Shown here: positions 57,072 to 64,000 of the stretch, in pieces
Numbering within the stretch: position 1 is the stretch's first letter
Layout: every line of letters starts with the position of its first letter
Assembly: GCA_963731265.1 (NCBI GenBank)
Contig: CAVSUE010000001.1
Span: 416,001 to 480,000 of the forward strand
Direction: 5' to 3'
DNA: 64,000 nucleotides
Source: an uncultured Verrucomicrobiae bacterium
Lineage (GTDB): Bacteria; Chlamydiota; Chlamydiia; Chlamydiales; Rhabdochlamydiaceae
Program-made: the position numbers and the translations under genes
Notes under the pieces: generated by a model
Told to the model about the DNA's origin: nothing
Seen by the model: only the letters and a program-made list of their open reading frames with translations
Database searches by the model: none

Positions 57072-57168
57072 ACCCAGGCCTTAAGGCGTGGGATAAAGTT
57101 GGGGCCGAGCTTCAAACTCGGCCCAACATTTTTTTTGAAACTACCCGGCCCTTAAGGGCCGGGTTTCC
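57069..57168. repeat. Pair of inverted REP-like palindromes flanking an intrinsic terminator
   Basis: ACCCAGGCCTTAAGGCGTGGG and ACCCGGCCCTTAAGGGCCGGGT flank GTTGGGGCCGAG-CTTCAAA-CTCGGCCCAAC-A-T9. Confidence 0.6.
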
Positions 57169-57180
57169 GCCAGAGGACGG

Positions 57181-58281
57181 ATGAACAGAAGCTCTTTAGG
57201 CCTGCTGATCACCGTCGCCATTTTGTTCTGCATTGGTATGGTGATGATCTTTAACACGACCTCTGCGGAAGTGCTCGATCGATTTTCGGAACGAAGCACC
57301 CATCATGCATTGATCAAACAAATGTTGTATGCCCTTGTTGGGGGTATCGGCGTTGTTGGCGTTTGGTTTATCGGCTATCAAAATTTGGTCAAATTGAGCG
57401 GCCCTTTGTTGATCGCAAGCAGTGTTCTTCTCGTCCTCGTTTTTTTGCCCGGGACCGGATTGCAGATCAATGGGGCGCATCGTTGGATCAATGTGTTTGG
57501 GAATTCTTTTCAGCCCTCAGAGTTCGTCAAGTTTTTGATCCCTTTGTATTTTATTTACGTTGTGTCTGCGCAAAAAGATTCGATGAGCTTGAGGCGGTTT
57601 TTAACCTTGCTTGCAAAACTCTCACTCCCTATCGGCCTGATCTTAATTGAGCCGGACAACGGGACTGTGGCAATGATTTTTGCAGGCCTTGTCATTCTGT
57701 TTATCCTCTGCGGCCTTAAATGGACGTATTGGGCTCTTCCTCTTTGTTTTCTTTGTCTGTGCGGCGCCATCGTCGCCTCCCAAATGCCCCATGTTTCCGA
57801 CCGCATTAAAGTGTATATGAACCCGGAATACGACCTCAAAGGCAAAGGGCATCAACCCTATCAAGCGAAAATTGCTGCAGGTTCCGGACAACTCACGGGA
57901 AGGGGGTTGGGGGAAAGCTTGCAAAAACTCGAATATCTCCCAGAGGCGCGGAGCGATTACATTGCCGCGATTTTTGCGGAAGAAACCGGATTTCTCGGGA
58001 TCATGGGATTGATCCTCTCTTATATGATGATCGGCTATTACGGGTTTTCGATCGCGCAGCAAGCCAAAGAAAAAGAGGGATTTTATACTGCGGCCATTTT
58101 TACATTTATCATCTGTTTTCAAGCTTTTTTGAATTTAGGGGTTGTTTCCGGACTGTTGCCAAGTAAAGGGACGAATTTGCCTTTCTTTAGTCAGGGAGGA
58201 TCGTCTTTACTCGCGAACATGATGGCTTTATGCGTCATCCTCAATATTGCAAAGGGGAAACAGCATGTCCAAGCAAGGTAA
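57181..58281 (+). CDS. ftsW: SEDS family peptidoglycan polymerase FtsW
   Basis: GAHRWI, FQPSEFVK, EPDNG, LPEARSD, PSKGTNLPFFSQGGSS. Confidence 0.93.
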   Translation: MNRSSLGLLITVAILFCIGMVMIFNTTSAEVLDRFSERSTHHALIKQMLYALVGGIGVVGVWFIGYQNLVKLSGPLLIASSVLLVLVFLPGTGLQINGAHRWINVFGNSFQPSEFVKFLIPLYFIYVVSAQKDSMSLRRFLTLLAKLSLPIGLILIEPDNGTVAMIFAGLVILFILCGLKWTYWALPLCFLCLCGAIVASQMPHVSDRIKVYMNPEYDLKGKGHQPYQAKIAAGSGQLTGRGLGESLQKLEYLPEARSDYIAAIFAEETGFLGIMGLILSYMMIGYYGFSIAQQAKEKEGFYTAAIFTFIICFQAFLNLGVVSGLLPSKGTNLPFFSQGGSSLLANMMALCVILNIAKGKQHVQAR

Positions 58282-59383
58282 AAAAATAATTTTTGCAGCC
58301 GGCGGCACAGGCGGCCATCTCTTTCCTGCACAAGCTCTGGCCGAACAAGTCCAGAAGAAGATGCCCCATATTACTGTGTTGTTCGCCGGAGCGCACTTGA
58401 GCGGGAACGTCCATTTCGACAAGACGAAATTTCCTTTTAGTGATGTTTCCAGCGCAACGCCTTTTGGGAGGAATTTATTCAAAGCCCTTCGTTCCCTGGC
58501 TTGTTTGTTTACAGGCATCCGGCAAAGTTTTTCTTTGCTCGCCTCCCGCGAGCCCGACCTGGTCATCGGCTTTGGCAGTTTCCACGCCTTTCCCGTTTTG
58601 TTTGCCGCTGTGATGAAAAGAATCCCTGTTATTTTATTCGAATCGAATGCGATTCCGGGAAAAGTCGTTAGACTTTTCTCAAAAAGGACTCTTTTTACGG
58701 CTGTCTACTTTTCGAGCGCCAAGCAGCATTTGAAGGGGAAAACAATTGAAGTGGAAATTCCCATCAAAAATCCCGAATCACGTCAGAAAATCGACGCAAA
58801 ACAAGCCCGCACCGAACTGGGACTCGATCCAGAACTTCCTACGATTCTCGTTTTCGGAGGGTCTCAAGGAGCAAAAAAGATCAATCAGCAGATCCTGGAG
58901 CTTTTGCCGATCCTCAAAAAAGAAAATACATACTTTCAATTGATCCATCTGACCGGAAGCGACGAAATGGCTGCCGAGGTTGCGCACTGTTGCGCCGCCC
59001 TAAACATCCCTTGCTATGTGAAAAAATTTGAGAGCAGGATGAACCTCGCCTGGAGCGCTGCCGATCTCGCAATTTGCCGGAGCGGGGCTATGACGGTTTC
59101 CGAACTGCTTTATTACGAGGTTCCCGCCATCCTGGTTCCTTATCCCTTTGCTGCAGACCAGCATCAAAACGTGAATGCATTATTCATCGAACAAAAAGTG
59201 GGAGGCGGCATTGTTTATCAGGAGCATGCTGTTTCAGGACGGTCGTTTGCCGAGGTTGTGCAACGGTTGATCTTTTTAGATTCTCCGGAAAAGCTTAAAA
59301 TGAAAGAAGCCATAATCGCTTTTAAAACGGAAAAGAATAAACAGGACCTAACGGCTCTAATCATTGAGGTATTGCATGGATAA
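58265..59383 (+). CDS. murG: Undecaprenyldiphospho-muramoylpentapeptide GlcNAc transferase
   Basis: GGTGGHLFP, ESNAIPG, GGSQGA, RSGAMT, DQHQ..NA. Confidence 0.96.
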   Translation: MSKQGKKIIFAAGGTGGHLFPAQALAEQVQKKMPHITVLFAGAHLSGNVHFDKTKFPFSDVSSATPFGRNLFKALRSLACLFTGIRQSFSLLASREPDLVIGFGSFHAFPVLFAAVMKRIPVILFESNAIPGKVVRLFSKRTLFTAVYFSSAKQHLKGKTIEVEIPIKNPESRQKIDAKQARTELGLDPELPTILVFGGSQGAKKINQQILELLPILKKENTYFQLIHLTGSDEMAAEVAHCCAALNIPCYVKKFESRMNLAWSAADLAICRSGAMTVSELLYYEVPAILVPYPFAADQHQNVNALFIEQKVGGGIVYQEHAVSGRSFAEVVQRLIFLDSPEKLKMKEAIIAFKTEKNKQDLTALIIEVLHG

Positions 59384-60734
59384 TAAATACCATTTCATCG
59401 GCATCGGCGGGATCGGAATGAGTGCGCTTGCGCAGATTCTTTTGCAAAAAGGGAATAAAGTGAGCGGCAGCGATGTCGCCTCTTCGGCGATGACCGATCA
59501 GTTGCAAAAAAGAGGAGCGGAAATTTTCATCGGTCATTCTTCTCATCACATCAAACCTTCCACAATTGTCGTTTGCAGCACCGATATCAAGGAAGACAAC
59601 CCTGAGCTAAAGCAGGCCAAAGAGGATGGGCTGCATCTTTTGCACCGTTCCGAATTATTATGTCAACTGATGCACGATTATTCTCCTTTGCTTGTGACAG
59701 GAACGCATGGAAAAACGACGACTTCTTCATTGCTCGCGCATTTGCTTGTTTGGGCCGGCCTCGATCCCGCTTTTGCTGTCGGAGGCGTTGTCCGCAGTTT
59801 AAATGCGAATGGCGGCAATGGTCGCGGCTCTTATTTTGTCGCCGAGGCCGATGAAAGCGATGGTTCGTTTCTCAATTACAGCTCTTTTGGAGCGATCATT
59901 ACCAACATCGATAATGACCACTTGGCCTATTGGAATTCCCTCGATAAGCTCATCGAAGGATTTCATCAATTTGCCGACCTTGTTCAATCCTCGGAGCACT
60001 TGATCTGGTGCGGCGACGATGACATCTTACGCTCTTTAAATCTCAAAGGATTCAGTTATGGCTTTGAAGACAAAAACGATTTGAAGATCGAAAATTATCA
60101 ACAAGCGGGATGGTCGACAATTTTTGATATCTCCTTCGAAGGAAATACTTACTCAGAAATTGAAATTCCTCTGATCGGCGGCCATAATGTGCTCAATGCG
60201 GCTGCGGTTTTTGGCCTTGGGATAAAAATTAATATTCCCGAAAAGAAAATCCGGGAGGCATTCGCCACATTCAAAGGAATCAATAGGCGGTCGGAATTTA
60301 AAGGAGAATGCCGCCATATTGATATTTTCGACGATTATGCGCATCATCCCACAGAAATTTTTGCCACTTTGCGAGCCGTCAAACAGGCGATTGGGCCGCG
60401 TCGTCTCGTCGCTGCTTTTCAGCCCCATCGCTATACCCGCACAGCGGATTGTCTGAACGAGTTTGGACCTGCCTTTGAACACGCCGACATTTTAATTTTA
60501 ACAGATATTTATGCGGCCAGGGAGGCTCCCATCGAAGGGATTACGAACGAACTCCTTCTGGCAAAAATTCGGGAAAAAGGCTGCGATGCCAGTTACGTAA
60601 GCCGAGTGGATCTTGCACAATTCCTTGCCCATTATCTTAAGGCCGAGGATGTTTTAATCACGCTGGGAGCGGGGGATATTACTCAAGTCGGCCCTGAAGT
60701 ATTGCAATTACTCACGCTCAGTCATGAAGAATAA
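59376..60734 (+). CDS. murC: UDP-MurNAc--L-alanine ligase (stand-alone)
   Basis: HFIGIGGIGMS, GTHGKTTT, EADESD, DDYAHHPTE, FQPHRY, LGAGD. Confidence 0.96.
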   Translation: MDNKYHFIGIGGIGMSALAQILLQKGNKVSGSDVASSAMTDQLQKRGAEIFIGHSSHHIKPSTIVVCSTDIKEDNPELKQAKEDGLHLLHRSELLCQLMHDYSPLLVTGTHGKTTTSSLLAHLLVWAGLDPAFAVGGVVRSLNANGGNGRGSYFVAEADESDGSFLNYSSFGAIITNIDNDHLAYWNSLDKLIEGFHQFADLVQSSEHLIWCGDDDILRSLNLKGFSYGFEDKNDLKIENYQQAGWSTIFDISFEGNTYSEIEIPLIGGHNVLNAAAVFGLGIKINIPEKKIREAFATFKGINRRSEFKGECRHIDIFDDYAHHPTEIFATLRAVKQAIGPRRLVAAFQPHRYTRTADCLNEFGPAFEHADILILTDIYAAREAPIEGITNELLLAKIREKGCDASYVSRVDLAQFLAHYLKAEDVLITLGAGDITQVGPEVLQLLTLSHEE

Positions 60735-61578
60735 AAAAAAATCTGTTTATCTTCCTTTGACGCATTCCCTTGCCTGGATCGTCGGTTCGACCCTTCTCAT
60801 CAGTGGATCCTCCCATCTCGTCCTTAAGCATTATTTTAAAAAACGGGAGCGCATCCCTCAGCATGCGATCCACTCGATCATCCAGACAGGCCCTCAAAAG
60901 GAAGCTCTCAAAACGCAATATCTTGCCGAATTGCTCGCCATTTCCCGCAATCGCCCTTATAGCAATTTGACAGTTGACCTCAGTCGAGTAAAACAAAGGC
61001 TTTTGCAATCTCCGCTGATCTCAAAAGCAGAAGTCAAATGGATTAAGCCCGATGCGCTTTATATCGATTATACAGTCAGACAGCCCATCGCCTGGGTGGA
61101 AGATTATGCCAATGTCGTCGTCGATAAAGAGGGCTACCTCTTTCCATTCAGCCCCTTTTTTTCACCCAAACGGTTGCCTTCCCTCTATTTTGGACTCTCT
61201 GCTTTCGGGGTGCCCAGCGGAGATTCCGAACGCCCCACGGCTCAATGGGGAATCCCTTTGCAAGGGAAATATGCCGATTTGGCTTTTGAGATTTTGGCCA
61301 TCGTGACGGACCCCCTTGTTGCCGATTTGTTTTCCGTGAAACGGATTGACGTCTCTAACGCTTTTGCTGAAAGCTATGGAACACGTGAGATTGTCATGAT
61401 CACAGAAGAACTTTGTATCTTAAGGCTCAGTACGAAAAATTACAGGCAGGATTTAGGAAACTATTTAAAATTGCGCGATCAATTGCTCGAAAAAGAAAAG
61501 AATATCGGACCCGAAAAGAGAGAGAAGGTCATCGATTTCCGCATTCAGAAGCTCGCTTTTATTGACGAGCCCTCTTAG
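60724..61578 (+). CDS. ftsQ: Cell division protein FtsQ-like (POTRA)
   Basis: Single TM, L.SPLI..A.V....PD.LYIDY.VR.P.A, terminal IDFR; position at the end of the dcw cluster. Confidence 0.7.
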   Translation: MKNKKKSVYLPLTHSLAWIVGSTLLISGSSHLVLKHYFKKRERIPQHAIHSIIQTGPQKEALKTQYLAELLAISRNRPYSNLTVDLSRVKQRLLQSPLISKAEVKWIKPDALYIDYTVRQPIAWVEDYANVVVDKEGYLFPFSPFFSPKRLPSLYFGLSAFGVPSGDSERPTAQWGIPLQGKYADLAFEILAIVTDPLVADLFSVKRIDVSNAFAESYGTREIVMITEELCILRLSTKNYRQDLGNYLKLRDQLLEKEKNIGPEKREKVIDFRIQKLAFIDEPS

Positions 61579-61694
61579 TTAAAACAATATTTATATTTAA
61601 TTTTATTTTAAATTAAATTTATTTATATTTAGGTTTTAATTGTTAGTTGGGTGTAATATTGATAAAAAAGAAATATTAATGCTGAGGTTTAAGT

Positions 61695-62555
61695 ATGGCC
61701 GTTACAGTAAAGACATTAGCCGACGTTGCAAAGCCTTTTAGCCAAATGAAATACGAAGAACTCTTCACACCAAAAAAAGGGTTTCTGGTTTGGGATGATG
61801 GCAAAAAGTCATGGGGTGTTCAAAATCTCCCTCCGAATGATCCTGCTAAATATTACAGTGAACTTGTTAATCGTCTCATCCAAACCAAAGCCTACAGAGA
61901 GCTTCCCAATGCAGAAGCTTTTGTGAGACGCTTGAACATTTGCCGTACCAATTCGTCTATGCAGACTCCTGTTTTGAAATTCACTCCCACGATTTACTTC
62001 AATTCCAAAGATACTAATTACAGCTTCCTCTCAAATTTCTACTCGACCCTGATTCTTTTTAAGGATCATGAGGATCCCAACATGCTGAGGCTTTATCCTT
62101 CGTGTGAAAATGCCTACCAAGCGCATAAAGTGGCAAATTACATCCATGAGAAAGAACTGGTCTTGGAAGAGAAGGGCTCCGAGGAAATGGCCGAAGATGA
62201 TGAGAAGCCAATCACCTCCAACGACTTAGAAATGCTCGCGAACTCTTCTTCTTTGAACTCAAAAGAATTAGCGAACAGGTTGATGATATCCTCTAGAAAT
62301 ACCGACAAGGTGGCCCAATATAAATATGATTTGATGCTTAGCATTGTCGCTAAGAAATTTCAAGACAATCCCGCTATCGCCAAATGGCTGAAAGGAACAG
62401 GGCAGGCCCATTTGGTCGAAAATACAAATGATGGCTTTTGGGGAGCGAAAAATCCTAATGACCAGACTCTTCACAAAGATTACACTCTTCCCATCACCGC
62501 AGCATCCCGCAATATTCTTGGAAGAATACTGATGGATGTGCGGAACAGGATTTGA
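61695..62555 (+). CDS. NADAR (YbiA/DUF1768) domain protein with N-terminal extension
   Basis: FLSNFY, ENAYQAHK, KFQDNP, L..TG...LVE...DGFWG, N.LG.ILM.VR. Confidence 0.85.
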   Translation: MAVTVKTLADVAKPFSQMKYEELFTPKKGFLVWDDGKKSWGVQNLPPNDPAKYYSELVNRLIQTKAYRELPNAEAFVRRLNICRTNSSMQTPVLKFTPTIYFNSKDTNYSFLSNFYSTLILFKDHEDPNMLRLYPSCENAYQAHKVANYIHEKELVLEEKGSEEMAEDDEKPITSNDLEMLANSSSLNSKELANRLMISSRNTDKVAQYKYDLMLSIVAKKFQDNPAIAKWLKGTGQAHLVENTNDGFWGAKNPNDQTLHKDYTLPITAASRNILGRILMDVRNRI

Positions 62556-62562
62556 TTTTCTG

Positions 62563-63402
62563 CTAAATATACGGAGGAGTAATATTCGGCATGACTTCTC
62601 TGCCAATGGTGGCGAATAGAAATGATTGGCTATTAGGAACCTTGTGGTCGAAATAAGTCAGCGCAATGCCTGAATCTTCCCCCTCTTTTCCTAAGGCGCC
62701 TCCCCAATAATCATTCACAGCCTTGAGTTCAGCTTCTGATAAAATCTCTTTCACAGTGGCAATTTTGGTGGCGTGTGCAATCGTTAGCTTGATTTTTGAG
62801 CCTTTTTCCGTTAACTGTGCTCGGATTTTTTCAAGTCGATCTAAGGCCACTTGTGTAACGATAGGAACGACGACATAAAGATTGGTCGAGCTGCCTTGAG
62901 GAGTCAATTTTTCGACAATTTTATTCACATGGCTCGTCATTTGGTTCCCGCTGAAACTCGCATCGTCGAACAAGACGATGTTGGTTGGCCAAACTTTTTT
63001 AGGAATTTCATCCAAAGTTTTCACGAATTCATTAGCCTCTTCATGGCCCAGCTCTAAAAAAATTGTTTTTTCGCTGAATTTATCTGGGAAATAATTTTTG
63101 GCGACTTCAGCAACCCATTTGTTGCTCTTACGGTTTGCGACCAGCACCACGCAATCCTTCAGCAAGTTTTTGGGGAGTTGGGCAACGCAAGCCTTCAATC
63201 CATTGGAAAATTCTGAAAAAGAAACTCTTCGGATATTCTTTTCCACGGTAGCCAGGGCGTCTTGGCAGAGGGGGGCTTTGGTAGCGGCCCAGTTTTGGAT
63301 AGCCTCTGGGGCCACATCATAATTTTTCGCCTTATCGGGAATGATAAGATTTGGATTCAGTTCAATAAAGAAATTTTTATATGCTCTTGTAGTTACAGCC
63401 AT
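62563..63402 (-). CDS. Phosphoribosyltransferase-like protein
   Basis: PRPP-loop-like IVLFDDASFSGNQM, KSN.W, YFDHKVP. Confidence 0.6.
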   Translation of the reverse strand: MAVTTRAYKNFFIELNPNLIIPDKAKNYDVAPEAIQNWAATKAPLCQDALATVEKNIRRVSFSEFSNGLKACVAQLPKNLLKDCVVLVANRKSNKWVAEVAKNYFPDKFSEKTIFLELGHEEANEFVKTLDEIPKKVWPTNIVLFDDASFSGNQMTSHVNKIVEKLTPQGSSTNLYVVVPIVTQVALDRLEKIRAQLTEKGSKIKLTIAHATKIATVKEILSEAELKAVNDYWGGALGKEGEDSGIALTYFDHKVPNSQSFLFATIGREVMPNITPPYI

Positions 63403-63573
63403 ATTACCACCATTAATTTATTTAAAAAGTTTATAACTAATTAAATTATATAATTATTATTAATATAAATCAATCTCATAATTTTTTTTTAAAACAATTG
63501 ACTCTAGCCCTGTCAAACCAAGAGACATTAAAAAAGAATTGGTGCATAAAAGACTCGTAAACCAGCGGTCTCT

Positions 63574-63912
63574 ATGCGTTCCAAAAACTCTATCATCCTC
63601 ATTCTTTGGACATGCGCTACCCTGGAAGAAGCGAGGTGCATTTGCAAAGAGCTCGTGGAGCGAAAACTGGTCGCATGCGCCAACATCATTCCTCACGTCG
63701 AATCGATTTATTTTTGGGAAAAGAAAGTTGAAAAGGGAAGCGAGTCCAAGGTGTTCCTAAAAACATTGGAGTGTCATTTTGAGGCTGTAAAAGACTATAT
63801 CAAAGCGCATTGTTCTTACGATGTTCCTGAAGTTTCCCAAATCCCTATCGACAAGGGGAATGCCGATTATTTTCGCTGGGTAGAACAGTCTGTCCAAGTA
63901 AAGATTTCATAG
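63574..63912 (+). CDS. cutA: Divalent-cation tolerance protein CutA
   Basis: LVERKLVACANI, SIYFWE, SYDVPE, YFRWV. Confidence 0.92.
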   Translation: MRSKNSIILILWTCATLEEARCICKELVERKLVACANIIPHVESIYFWEKKVEKGSESKVFLKTLECHFEAVKDYIKAHCSYDVPEVSQIPIDKGNADYFRWVEQSVQVKIS

Positions 63913-64000
63913 ACTCAAATGAGCGGTAAGTGATAAATTCTCGAGCTGAGCGAGCTTTTTCCAGAGCGCAAAATTTTATTTTAAAGAAATTTGCGGATCG

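Overview
Chromosomal window from an environmental member of the phylum Chlamydiae. This is inferred from chlamydial gene order (hprK-ptsH-ptsI / ybaB-dnaX near comEC and fused pdhA/B; murF-mraY-murD-lysM-ftsW-murG-murC-ftsQ), tandem MOMP-like porins and a UPF0158 protein. Housekeeping genes (serS, ftsK, uppP, ndh, pgm, groEL, coaX, nadC, rsmI, cutA, tRNA-His, tRNA-Cys) are interspersed with eukaryote-like candidate effectors: two F-box/WD40 paralogues, F-box/LRR, TPR, DUF687-like hydrolase, prolyl 4-hydroxylase, and NADAR plus a PRTase-like protein. Four signals stand out. (1) An apparently intact IS607 element (TnpA plus catalytically intact TnpB) is inserted in a third, decayed F-box/WD40 copy, so its predicted guide and TAM nearly match both intact paralogues. 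(2) At least five families of short palindromic MITE-like elements occur, including one inserted in frame directly after the ATG of the 2-oxoacid dehydrogenase E1 gene (Rickettsia RPE-like), one that duplicated a TAA stop codon and carries a nested element, and one modular family sitting just upstream of start codons. (3) The WD40 repeats vary at predicted binding-face positions. (4) murC is not fused to ddl. All product calls come from motif recognition; no database searches were run.
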